A stretch of 64,000 bases of DNA, taken from contig NIVC01001619.1 of assembly GCA_002269645.1 (NCBI GenBank), positions 62,001 through 126,000 of the forward strand, given 5' to 3'. A program made the position numbers and the translations under genes. Every line of letters begins with the position of its first letter. Within the stretch, counting starts at the first letter, position 1. The notes under the pieces are model-generated. The model made no database searches, was not told the origin of the DNA, and saw nothing but the letters and a program-made list of their open reading frames with translations. Below are positions 1-26,720 of the stretch, one piece after another. The stretch is from Macrostomum lignano. Taxonomy: Eukaryota.

Positions 1-958
<958 letters not shown>

Positions 959-1377
959 ACTGTGCGATATAATTAGTCTTAGGATAGACTAGCAATCCAT
1001 TCCATGATTTATTATTACATAATAATCTGTGTGCATCTTATAAGATCAAGTTGGGATTTAGAGTAGTAGATTAATTATTAATCATATCTGATATAAGAAG
1101 TCCTTAAAATCAATTGTATCTCTGACTTTATTGCTCTGCTTGTAATTAAGTAAATATTTAATTTGCTTTGATCATTGTTATTTATACCTGATTAAAAAGT
1201 GACACATTCCTCATTAAGTCCTGATTAGCCAGCATGTGATTAATTGGAATTTTCCTGCTAATTATATTCGGTCATTTTTCTCTATAGTAATGCAGACTTG
1301 GGTTTGTGTGTGTAACCATAACACCTGCAATGTTTGCATTATATAGGATTATTGCTGCTTGATTCTTAATAAATCGC

Positions 1378-2365
1378 CATCACCTCAGTCTCACCTTGAT
1401 TCTCAATCTCTCTCACCTCAGTCTCACCCTGATTCTCAATCTCCCTCATCTTGATTGTCAATCTCTCTCATCTCAGTCTCACTCTGATTCTCGATCTCCC
1501 TCACCTTGATTGTCAATCTCTCTCATCTCAGTCTCACCCTGATTCTCAATCTCCCTCACCTTGATTCTCAATTTCTCTCATCTCAGTCTCACCTTGATTC
1601 TCAATCTCTCTCACCTCAGTCTCACCTTGATTCTCAATCTCTCTCACCTCAGTCTCACCCTGATTCTCAATCTCTCTCACCTTAATCTCACCCTGATTCT
1701 CAATCTCTCTCATCTCAGTCTCACCCTGATTCTCAGTCTCCCTCACCTTGATTGTCAATCTTTCTCACCTCAGTCTCACCCTGATTCTCAATCTCTCTCA
1801 TCTCAGTCTCACCCTGATTCTCAATCTCTCTCACCTCAGTCTCATCTTGATTCTCAATCTCTCTCACCTCAGTCTCACCCTGATTCTCAATCTCTCTCAT
1901 CTCAGTCTCACTCTGATTCTCAATCTCCCTCACCCTGATTCTCAATCTCTCTCACCTCAGTCTCACCCTGATTCTCAATCTCTCTCACCTCAGTCTCACC
2001 CTGATTCTCAATCTCTCATCTCAGTCTCACCCTGATTCTCAATCTCCCTCACCTTGATTGTCAATCTTTCTCACCTCAGTCTCACCCTGATTCTCAATCT
2101 CTCACCTCAGTCTCACCCTGATTCTCAATCTCCCTCACCTTGATTGTCAATCTTTCTCACCTCAGTCTCACCCTGATTCTCAATCTCTCACCTCAGTCTC
2201 ACCCTGATTCTCAATCTCCCTCATCTTGATTGTCAATCTCTCTCATCTCAGTCTCACTCTGATTCTCAATCTCCCTCACCTTGATTGTCAATCTCTCTCA
2301 TCTCAGTCTTACCCTGATTCTCAATCTCTCATCTCAGTCTCACCCTGATTCTCAATCTCTCTCTC
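1378..2365. repeat. ~33-bp minisatellite (TCTCACCTCAGTCTCACCCTGATTCTCAATCTC)
   Basis: Visible tandem array; it produces the spurious SHLSLTLILNL and REIENQGETEV ORFs. Confidence 0.95.
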
Positions 2366-2929
2366 ACGAAACTTTCAAGCAGATGATGACTTTCTGAGCA
2401 GACTTGAGCATATATACACAGCTTCTCTAGTGCAAATCATTTTATCATGTATATTAAAGCTGATTGTTATTATAACAATGACTAATTAACCTGAGTCCTC
2501 TAACCTGTCAATCTGGTTTCCTTGCCAGTTGCCAATAGTGTAATATTTTGCTTGTAACAATATCCTGTAGGTAACTTGAATTGCTGTAGAATTTTCACTT
2601 CAGAATCGGTTAATTTATGACCCAATCGCACCTGTCACTGCGAGCAATACATGAGTGCATAAATACTACTAGTATGCTTATTTATTCATATTATTTACTT
2701 GTGCATGGAAAATGCATAAACTACTTATAAGTTCTGATCATTATCTGATTGTTTATTCACAGAATAATGCTTCTATATTATTTATGTTTCCAGTGGCTAT
2801 TAAATCTTGTCTGGACTTTTCTGCCTTTGCTTTTTTTATAATCGGTTATTGTAGCGAGTGCAAACAACAACACATTGAACTAAAACATTGTTGGCAAACT
2901 CCAAACCAACTTGAGGTTTTCTCAGCTCT

Positions 2930-3330
2930 CTACTCTACTCTATCCTCTCTCCTTCCCCTTATCTTTTCTCTTATCTTATTCTCATCTCTCCTCTTCTCTC
3001 ATCTTCTCTCATCTCTCATCTCATCAAATCTTTCCTCTCTCCTCATCTTTCATCTCCTCTCTCCTCTCAACTCTCATATCATCTAATCTTTCCTTTTTCC
3101 TCATCTCTCATCTCCTCTCTTCTCTCGCCTCTCATCTCTCATCTCATCTTTTCTCTTTCAAATTATCTCTCTTCTCTCTCTTCTCTCATCTCTTATCTCA
3201 TATTATCTCTCATCTTATCTTTTTTCTCTCCTCATCTCTCCTCTCATCTCTCTTATTATCTCTCCTATCCCATCTCTCCTTTCATACTTCCTTGCCTCTC
3301 ATCTCATCTCTTCTCACATTCTACCTCTCG
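2930..3330. repeat. CT-rich low-complexity tract
   Basis: The + strand is almost entirely pyrimidine. Confidence 0.85.
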
Positions 3331-4299
3331 CCTCTGCGCTTTTGTTTTTTGTTTTTGTGTTTCACATTTGAAAACAAACATTTTGAAACACACACAGAAA
3401 TCGGCTACGCAAACATCGTGCCGAAACAGAATTATTGCTAATAACTTTTTCTTTGTTTTAACAAATCAAACAGCAGGCGCTAGTTTGAATTGAAGCAGAC
3501 AGTTAAACAAACATGGCGAAGATTTTTAAAAAAAATAATCGTTTCAGTATTAAAAGTTCGCGTCAAATCACATCGCAGTTCTGATTCCGTTGCACTTGAC
3601 AGTTAGGAGGAAAACATGCTATAATTGCAGCGCTCTGTGCGCCACTCAAATTCTGCTCAAAGCAAGATTAACTGATATTGCTATTCACAACTGATCTCAC
3701 GCAGAAAGACTCAACAAGAACACGGCAGGGAAAAACGCGTTTGACAAGCAGCGAATTTTATCAGCAGCAAATCAGATAAAAATTGCTAGGAAATTTATAA
3801 AGTGTTACAGGTAGGTTGACTTGAATAATAAACAGGTAAATCATAATTCAAATTCAAATTTAACATAATCATAGTAATTATAAAATGATTGAAAATTTAT
3901 AATATACACAAGGATCTGTGCGATCTATATCTATAACTTGCTAGTTATCATAATGAATAGAACTACATTTCATGAAGTGTGCGTCTGACTATATATGCAA
4001 TCGGGTTTATGGTGCCCTGATTCATAGTTGTGCAGCCGTGCAAAATCCAATCCATCGGCAAACAGACAGGTGCAATGTGTCAGAATTCAACTTTATTGCT
4101 AAATGAAAATCCAAGTCTTTGTATATGTAAATCTCTGGTAATTGATGTAATTAAAACTAATTGCACAAGGCTAAAAAGTGTGCATATGACAACTGAAAGT
4201 TTGGGAAGACAAAGATTTACTAAAACTGTCGTACTTTTATGAATCTCACTTTGAGACACTTGTATTTACCGTAAGAGTCATTCACTCATCTACATGTAC

Positions 4300-4430
4300 T
4301 CCGAGAGATGCATTCACTCAATCACTCCGAGAGATGCATTCACTCAATCACTCTGAAAGATGCATTCACTCAATCACTCTGAGAGATGCATTCACTCAAT
4401 CACTAGGAGATGCATTCACTCACTCTTTCA
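4300..4430. repeat. ~26-bp short tandem repeat (GAGATGCATTCACTCAATCACT) downstream of the GRAM gene stop
   Basis: CCGAGAGATG at 4301 and 4327, plus about 3 more degenerate copies. Confidence 0.8.
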
Positions 4431-4550
4431 CCATGTGAGACATTCACTCGCCAAGTAATGAAGGTAAAACTTAATCCGCTGCATTGTCCATGCACAGATA
4501 ATAGATTAGTATTATTTATTGCAGGCTGCACTCCTGATGTCTCCAAATGA

Positions 4551-16555
<12,005 letters not shown>

Positions 16556-17094
16556 CTGCAAACAGGAGCAGATTATAATTTTACCATGTGCACCCTAAAG
16601 CAGACTAGGGGGGTAAATCAATGGCAGTGCGCAGGGGGATTCAAGAGGGTCAGGGGAGAGAGAGAGTGCGTTGCTACCGGGAGAGGGATGGGAAAATAAC
16701 GTAAATTCTCGAGCTAGACCAAGCAGCACTTTCGGGTTGCACAGCTGCACCAGCTGACGTTTAACACTGGCTACTGGGAGGCCAGCACTGGAGACGGACA
16801 GTTGGAAGGACTGATAATCTAGGAAGGAAGGCTAGCTAAGGACACGAGGCCTGTGCAGGAGTGAATTGCAGAATGAATGAGGTCTTAGCAAATTTCAGAC
16901 CTCCGGACTCGATACTTTCCATTTCAAGCTGCCATCTTGTTTGTTCATTCTACGGAACCCCCCCCCCCTGTCGCTACTGTTGATGCACTGAAACTGACTG
17001 TGATATGCTTGCAACCTGTGTGTTTTGCTTGCGCATAGAGTAGCATTTTAGATTTTTTCTGAGGAGAGACAGGTTGGAGAGGGAATTGAACTAG

Positions 17095-17100
17095 TCAGAC

Positions 17101-17197
<97 letters not shown>

Positions 17198-17200
17198 CTA

Positions 17201-17235
<35 letters not shown>

Positions 17236-19371
17236 TTCCGGATTAAAACCCTCTTACTATTAGTCTGCTGGGGAGCATGATTTAGAAGCCGACGATTGAT
17301 GGCATCATACGAGTGATCACTCAGTGCAAGACTGAGACCATGCTCAAGCCCAACTAAATCTCAGACTCAATGTATCAGAGGCTGCACCCAACCGCCTCAA
17401 GTTGCGTGCCCAGCTCAGCTGCATGGTTGATCCCGTTTGGCCGCTTGATGACAGCCTGAGGTAGGCTGTCTGTCTGGCTGTCTGTCAGCTTTGCAGAAGC
17501 TCAAGCAGATTTGAAGGATGTGAAAGAAAGTTTTGATGAGTGTGACGCAAGCAGAGGGAAAGAAAACGAGAGAGAGTGGAAGATGGGAACAGAAAATGGA
17601 GAGGGTGAGATGAGATAGAGACAAGACGAGAGAGGGAGACAGGGGAGAGAGGGAGACAGGGGTGAGAGGGAGACGGGGGTGAGAGGGAGACAGGGGTGAG
17701 AGGGAGACGGGGGTGAGAGGGAGACGGGGGTGACAGGGAGACAGGGGAAAGAGGGAGACAGGGGTGAGAGGGAGACAGGGGTGAGAGGGAGACAGGAGAG
17801 AGAGGGAGACAGGGGAGAGGGGGAGATAGGGGTGAGGGTGAGACAGGGGAGAGACAGACCGGGATGATAATTGCGAAAGCTACGACAACTCAAATCTAGT
17901 AAAATTAGTGAATTACCTGAGCTGATGGCCCCCAAAGGTGTTAAGCGAGAATTGGCCACCTACTGCAATAATGCAGTTGTTTATTGAGAGAAGTCAGCAA
18001 GAAGTTCACGCGTAGTCAAGGCGAAGCACCTTAGTGAAATCAATTAGCGGTTCCTCTTTTTATCGTTCTAGCGGACTTCGAATTCGGGACGGCTCAAATT
18101 CTAAGGGTTTGGGGTTGGAGCAGTCTGTAGCGACATGGCTGGATCGGAGACAGCTTGGCTGGGTACTTAAACCAAGGGAGATTCTACTCATACCGGCCTA
18201 CTCAAAACCTGGCACTTCCATTTTTCTGCTTCTCTGTCTGTACTCCTACGCGATTGGTTGACTCTGAGCCCTCGCGCGGCGGCTTGGGCAGAGGCCAGGA
18301 GGGTTGAGACCGGTGAAGGGAAGGGAGAGAGAGAGAGATGCTGTGCGGGCGTACGTGAGTCTGCAGCTCATTTCTTGATTCGATACAGCAGAGCTGCTCT
18401 ACTAGAAGACGGACTAATGGAGCGACCTCTTCTTCTCTAACGCACAAGATTTTCCTGATTCCTTCTAGAGTTTCAGTGAAGAAAGTGCACTGCGGTTGTG
18501 ACTGTGTCAGTCAGTCAGTCAGTCAGTCAGTCAGTCAGTCAGTCAGTCAGTCAGTCAGTCAGTCAGTCAGTCAGTCAGTCAGTCAGTCAGTCAGTCAGTC
18601 AGTCAGTCAGTCAGTCAGTCAGTCAGTCAGTCAGTCAGTCAGTCAGTCAGTCAGTCAGTCAGTCAGTCAGTCAGTCAGTCAGTCAGTCAGTCAGTCAGTC
18701 AGTCAGTCAGTCAGTCAGTCAGTCAGTCAGTCAGTCAGTCAGTCAGTCAGTCAGTCAGTCAGTCAGTCAGTCAGTCAGTCAGTCAGTCAGTCAGTCAGTC
18801 AGTCAGTCAGTCAGTCAGTCAGTCAGTCAGTCAGTCAGTCAGTCAGTCAGTCAGTCAGTCAGTCAGTCAGTCAGTCAGTCAGTCAGTCAGTCAGTCAGTC
18901 AGTCAGTCAGTGAGTCAGTCAGTCAGTCAGTCAGTCAGTCAGTCAGTCAGTCAGTCAGTCAGTCAGTCAGTCAGTCAGTCAGTCAGTCAGTCAGTCAGTC
19001 AGTCAGTCAGTCAGTCAGTCAGTCAGTTAGCCAGCCAAATGCCTATTTTATATTAATACTTGCTTAACTGAAGTCGAAGGCACTCTCACTGCTCAGCTGA
19101 ACAAACATTGGCAGAGCTGAGGGTGAGGCGTAAGTTTGGAGAGCAAATTACAGGCAGTTCAAGCATGACTTAGAAAGCGCAGCTTACAACGTGCATTAAC
19201 TTTTAATGACATTAGAAATTGTTAGAAAGTTAAAAAAGAAAAATTGACAGACAGACAGACAGACAGACAGAGACAGACAGACAGACAAGCAAACAGACAG
19301 ACACACAGACAGACAGACAGACAGACACTCTGACAGACAGACAGACAGACAGACAGATAGACAGACACTCT

Positions 19372-19425
<54 letters not shown>

Positions 19426-19430
19426 TAGAA

Positions 19431-19467
<37 letters not shown>

Positions 19468-19470
19468 CTA

Positions 19471-19507
<37 letters not shown>

Positions 19508-19510
19508 CTA

Positions 19511-19551
<41 letters not shown>

Positions 19552-19554
19552 GGC

Positions 19555-19619
<65 letters not shown>

Positions 19620-19622
19620 CTA

Positions 19623-19679
<57 letters not shown>

Positions 19680-19683
19680 CTCT

Positions 19684-19767
<84 letters not shown>

Positions 19768-19800
19768 CTAAGACACTAAGACAGACACAAAGACAGACAC
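17095..19800. repeat. Cluster of simple repeats: (CAGA)n 17095-17235, GA-rich ~19-bp repeat 17620-17855, (GTCA)n 18505-19030, (CAGA)n 19245-19800
   Basis: Directly visible. Confidence 0.93.
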
Positions 19801-20709
19801 TAAGACACTAAGGCACTTAGACAGACTGTTTAAGTTCATTTATTTTTTCTACTCAAGTTTATAACTGTATGGGGTACAGGTGACCCATGAATAGAAAATA
19901 AAACCAATGCTTCAAAGATTGCTGCTCAAGATTCACGCAGCCAAAACCCCTCTGTGTGCTAAAACGCATTCAATAAAACCCCAAATCAGCCAAGTCTACC
20001 GCACTTCACAATTGGGACACACCATTTGGGACACACAACTTTTCCCTTCTGTAGCTCAGCTTTCACTCTGCTCAACCTCTGTCACTCTTCCTTGAGCGGA
20101 TGTCGGGCCTCTCCAAGCCACATTGAGCTGAGCATAGATGCGTTGGCATCATAAAAAGTGAGCAATGACTGCCCACAGTAGCCAGTAAATCTGAGCCGTT
20201 CTGTTCCAGTGGGGGGAAGACGTTTTTTCGTCCCAGTTTCCCCTCCACAGCTTTGCATGCGCGCATGGACTGTGCGCCAGGGACTCTCATAGTTAATAAT
20301 CCTGGTTTGGAAACTTCGCTTTACAAACTAAACTTCTGTGCTTTTGGGGTTGCCATGACAATAGCAATAATGAGACTGGTGACTCTGACTGGCCGTAATT
20401 CTAAACTCCGCGGTGAACGCTTCCTCGGAGCGGCTCAATGAGTTTCAAAAATAGAGCTAGCAAAAAATGCCAAGAGAAGTTGAGAAGCTTGAGAAGCTTG
20501 GGGCTTTGTAATTATAGGGCTGCAATGAATTCCAATACAAAACGATCGATTGCACTACTTTAGTTGGGATTGTCATCGGCTTAGACAGGTGCCGAGATTA
20601 AAGAGACTGAGACACGGTGCTTGCATCAATGCAATGCATACACTGATGATTTCGCTTTGCTAGGCTTGGTTATTTTCAACAGCATTATTCAATTTGAAGC
20701 ACATCTCCA

Positions 20710-21945
20710 GTGCCCTGCCTCCTCTCCCCTCTCTCCTCTCTCTTCTCTCTCTTCTCTCTCTTCTCCTCTCTCTTCTCTCCTCTCTCTTCTCTCTCTTCTC
20801 CTCTCTCTTCTCTCTCTTCTCTCTCTTTTCCTCTCTCCTCTCTCTTCTCCCCTCTCCCCTCTCTTCTCTCTCTTCTCCTCTCTCCTCTCTCTTCTCCCCT
20901 CTCCCCTCTCTCTTCTCTCTCCTCTCTCTTCTCTCTCTTCTCCTCTCTCTTCTCTCTCTTCTCTCTCTTCTCTCTCTTTTCCTCTCTCCTCTCTCTTCTC
21001 CTCTCTTCTCTCTCTTCTCTCTCTTCTCTCTCTTCTCTCTCTTCTCTCTCTTCTCTCTCTTCTCCTCTCTCTTCTCTCCTCTCTCTTCTCTCTCTTCTCC
21101 TCTCTCTTCTCTCTCTTCTCTCTCTTTTCCTCTCTCCTCTCTCTTCTCCTCTCTCCCCTCTCTCCTCTCTCTTCTCTCTCTTCTCTCTCTTCTCCTCTCT
21201 CTTCTCTCCTCTCTCTTCTCTCTCTTCTCCTCTCTCTTCTCCTCTCTCCTCTCTCTTCTCCTCTCTCCTCTCTCTTCTCTCTCTTCTCTCTCTTTTCCTC
21301 TCTTCTCTCTCTTCTCCTCTCTCTTATCCTCTCTCCTCTCTTCTCCTCTCTCTTCTCTCTCTTCTCTCTCTTTTCCTCTCTCCTCTCTCTTCTCCTCTCT
21401 TCTCTCTCTTCTCTCTCTTTTCCTCTCTCCTCTCTCTTCTCCTCTCTTCTCTCTCTTTTCTCTCTTCTCTCTCTTTTCCTCTCTCCTCTCTCTTCTCCTC
21501 TCTCCTCTCTCTTCTCTCTCTTCTCCTCTCTCCTCTCTCTTCTCCTCTCTCCTCTCTCTCCTCTCTCTTCTCCTCTCTCCTCTCTCTTCTCCTCTCTCCT
21601 CTCTCTTCTCTCTCTTCTCTCTCTTCTCCTCTCTCCTCTCTCTTCTCTCTCTTCTCTCTCTTCTCTCTCTTTCTCTCTTCTCTCTCTTTTCCTCTCTTCT
21701 CCTCTCTCCTCTCCTCTCTCCTCTCCTCTCTCCTCTCCTCTCTCCTCTCCTCTCTCCTCTCCTCTCTCCTCTCCTCTCTCCTCTCCTCTCTCCTCTCCTC
21801 TCTCCTCTCCTCTCTCCTCTCCTCTCTCCTCTCCTCTCTCCTCTCCTCTCTCTCTCCTCTCTCCTCTCCTCTCTCCTCTCCTCTCTCCTCTCCTCTCTCC
21901 TCTCCTCTCTCCTCTCCTCTCTCTTCTCCTCTCTCCTCTCCTCTC
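20710..21945. repeat. 1.2-kb essentially pure polypyrimidine (CT) tract
   Basis: Only C and T apart from rare interruptions. Confidence 0.97.
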
Positions 21946-22539
21946 TATTTTTCTCCAGCCTCTTTTGTCACCTCTCCCTTCTTCGCTACATTCTGTATTC
22001 AGTGTCACTTTGTAAAAAATCCGCTTGCTCCCATAATTAATGAAGTATTCATCCTTTCAGCCTCTGCTTTTTCTCCTCTTAGTGTCCATTAAACGACCCT
22101 TCCTGCAGTATTTCAGCGCGGCCGCGTGATCGTAACTTCCAAGTTTTCTGTTTAGATTACATTTTAAAATAGTATAATATATGTGCCTCAACACTGCAAG
22201 AAATAAAGCAGGTTTTGCACAGAAATCTAATAAGCCGATAAAAAATCTGTTTTTGAACTTTGCACCCCGCATAAGCCGTAGCGACAGATCGATAAGAAGG
22301 TTAACTGATAGTAAAGCTTTATTGTAACATTGAGCCTTCAACTGGTAGATTTTTTAATTAAGAGAATTTTTCCTCTGCTAGCAGCAAAATCCAAAGTAAT
22401 TTAAAAGGAATAATCTCGGGGTTCTGATTTGCTTTTTATTGGAATTTTAATGAATTTTTGTTTTCTTGTCTACGGTTTCAGACAATCTGCTGTGATGAAT
22501 CTGTTGGTAAATTATGAGATTTATAATTCGGGACTGGAG

Positions 22540-22875
22540 TAAGACGAGAAGAGAGAGGAGAGAGAGGTGAGAGGAGAGAGGAGAGAGAAGAGAAACGAAA
22601 GATGATAGGGGAGATATGAAAGGTTAGAGAAGAGAGGAAAGCGGTGAGAAGAGAGAGGAGAGAGGAGAGAGGAGAGAGGAGAGAGGAGAGGTGAGAGAAG
22701 AGAGAAGAGAGGCGGGACACTAGGGGAAAGAGGAGAGAAGGGAGAGGGGGAGGGAAGGGGGGAGAGGGGAGAGGAGAGATGAGAGAGGAGAAACGAGAGA
22801 TGAGACGGGATGAGAGAGCAGACGAGAGATGAGACGAGACAGGTGATAGAAGAGAATGCAGAGAGAGATGAAGAG
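22540..22875. repeat. GA-rich polypurine tract
   Basis: Directly visible. Confidence 0.9.
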
Positions 22876-23417
22876 CAGAAAATATTAGCACAATGAGGAG
22901 CGCATGATGTACGCAGCACCGATTGAACCCTGAGGCTGGTATCGCTGAAAAGACAGCGATCAAGAGCCAGGAGGTCTGATGTTCTCCAGCCCATCTCCCA
23001 ATCCCCTTGCAATTAGTGAGCCCAGTAATTCTACAAGGCTGCTCAATGGCTCTTCAAATTATATTTCTAGGGAGTAGAATAATTTCAATAATTGCAGCCT
23101 CATCTCGTGATGCTCCGCGAGTTCGGGATCGCGACTCTGCAATTAATGCGAATCTCTTGAGCGGGCTGAAGTGCCGTGGGGAATTCAAGAATTGAGGATA
23201 AAAATTTTAAATATCGAGACATGACAAACCAGAGGGAGGCACTTGCCAAGTGGAATTCTCGTGTCGCTATGGATATTCGGGGTTGAAAGTATGGAAATCT
23301 AACATATGCATGTCTGTCGAAGGCGTCACGTTTTGGACAGGTTTGTGTTAGACTGCTCAAAGTAGACACTTTGTACTCGTATAATACTTGGAATACGGAG
23401 CAAAATGACGAACTATT

Positions 23418-24552
<1,135 letters not shown>

Positions 24553-24569
24553 AACAACAGTCGTCTCAC

Positions 24570-24707
24570 CTTAGCTGCGGTCTGGCTTTCTCGTTCGCCG
24601 TTGCTTCCAGAAGAAAGCCACCATTGTTGGATTGCGACGAGATGGACATTTTCACAGCACCTCTCGAGGCTCCTGTACTAGCTGTGTTGTCCCGATGTTT
24701 TAACAAA
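24570..24707 (-). CDS. Candidate 5' exon of the GRAM gene (possible ATG at 24649: MSISSQSNNGGFLLEATANEKARPQLR)
   Basis: ATTTGACAG acceptor at 24708-24709 and AG|GTGAGA donor at 24569. The phase-2 end matches the phase-2 start of exon 16555-16450. There is no homology support. Confidence 0.5.
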
Positions 24708-25684
24708 CTGTCAAATAAATTTTCTTTACAAAACAAAAAAACAAAATTCTGAAGCAAAACAGACTTTCACTACTTTGAAATTTGAGTCTTGGCTTTAGAA
24801 AGCTTATTAGAGCTGGAAAATCGATTCTTTGAGCTGCTGTATAGTCCCAATGGCAGAGCACTGCACTTCTTATAGAGTTGCGGTTCTCAGTTGTGGGCAC
24901 ACTGAGATCCTATTAATCTAAACGCAGCGTTGGATCTGCCTTTGAGCACAAGTGCGCGAGTACACTGCAGTTAGAGATAAGGAATATCAAGCGCATAGCG
25001 CATGCGTTTATGCAAAACTGGGTGCGTATTTTTTTACACCAATAGAGGACGACAGTCAGAGTCTCAAGCTTGCAACATATATACGAGTCTTGTAGCAGTT
25101 TGCTTTGTCAATACAGATAGACAATACTGTGGCTGCCTTATTCCATGATAGCACAGGCTCATATTGGTTCAGTGCTTCCGTGTGCTTCTGCAGGTGAAGC
25201 CCATTTCCTGTGCTCACATGCTCACGGATTTAGCTACACACAATTGAGTACAAAATGAAACAATTTCCCAATACGCATTTCGCGTGTTCACATAGTCTCC
25301 TGGTCGACGTGATAATGAAATTTGGAGGTTTGGCAAGGCTGCACTGAGGCGAAGGTTAAAGAGTACTCAAGTACTTCAAGTTTTTATAGAAAAATACATT
25401 GTGGAGATATTATAGGAGGTTTTCATTTCTTCAGTACTATAATTGTTATTGCTTTTGATAAAAGACAGACTCAATATTCATCTTTTAATGTCTCCTTTCT
25501 TATAGGTTTATTGCTATTCATCACAGCTTTTCATTAAAAAAATTAAGATTCTATGTTAATTATATATCAAACGTACAATCCTACATGTCCAGTGCCTAAA
25601 ATAAAATAAAAATATGTAACAGAGAATAATAAAATTGTATCATAAAACCATATGAGTCGAGCTCATAGGATAGGATAGGATAGC

Positions 25685-26720
25685 TTTTCGGTGAGGTGGC
25701 ACCCAACGAACGGACGACGGCGCACATCGTCGCTATTCCGAAGTAGCCGGACACTACACGGCCTGAGGAGCACCAATGTATCTGCCTGCAGTCCTGCGCT
25801 GCGAAGCTGTTCAACCGGATGCTGCTATCGCGGTTGCAGCCCGTACGTGCTGAATCCGTACTTGCGGCCTGAGCAGAACGGCTTCCGGCCCCATCGCGGC
25901 GCAGTGGCACAGATCCTGGCTCTTCGCCGAGTCATCGAGGATGCGCGGACCCGCCAGTTGAGCCTGATTTCTCTCTTTATTGACTTCAGGAAGGTTTTCG
26001 ACTCGGTCGTGAGGGCCATGCTCCCAATGGTGCTCCCAACGACGGGCGTTGCGACGAGCGTCGGCCTGGTGATCAACACACAGAAGTCCGACTTGCTCTG
26101 CGTGCCGCATTACATCGAGGCTGCAATTTTCTGCCGAGGCGCTGACGGGTAGGTGATGAGACTTCCGAGCTGTCAGCAGTTCGTCTACCTCGGCGGTCTG
26201 ATGCCTGACGTTCGCGAGGACCTGCGACGTCGCCGTGGACTTGCCTGGGCTGCCTTCCGCTCTCTGAGGGCTTTCAGTACGAGGCCCTGCCTGACCGCCA
26301 GAGGACGGCGTTGTTCTAGGCGGGGATCGAGATCGTCATGTTGTACAACGCCGAGACCTGGACTCTGACGGATTCGCTGGAACAGCAAGTCGATGAGGCG
26401 CACGCTGGCCTGCTGCGCCTTCAAGATCGGCACTCAATCGTCGCACTCGCCTGTTCCGTCCCATCAAATCGTTTCGCCATCGGCGACTCCAGCTGGCAGG
26501 CCATAATATTCGAGCCGAGTCGTACTGCCCACAACCGGTGCAGGAACTGCTGCTGCTGACAATGCAGGCACCCTACTTGCAGGGACAGGCGCGCACTCGG
26601 CGTTTCGTCGACTACCTGTTGGCTGATGCCGGCGCCCCAGACACTGCGGCGGTGCGGCCTACGTTCGCGCCCAGGCCCTGAAACGCGCCCTGTGACGTTG
26701 TCCCACTCTTGACTGGCTGA
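25685..26720 (+). mobile_element. Decayed non-LTR retrotransposon (RTE-like) reverse-transcriptase fragment
   Basis: Broken frames give HIVAIPK*...CAAKLFNRMLLSRLQP/LNPYLRPEQNGFRPHRG...LFIDFRKVFDSV, then VGLVINTQKS, FVYLGG and MLYNAETWTLT. The central part of RT, including YADD, is missing, and there are stops and frameshifts. Confidence 0.9.

Noticed and set aside
20621-22092. Leu/Ser-rich and Glu/Arg-rich ORFs of 440-460 aa
   Set aside because: CT/GA low-complexity DNA lacks stop codons in all frames.
17300-23400. Short ORFs in unique islands between repeats (17.4, 18.2, 20.1, 22.9 kb) as extra exons
   Set aside because: I could not find acceptor/donor pairs with consistent phase or any homology; left unannotated.
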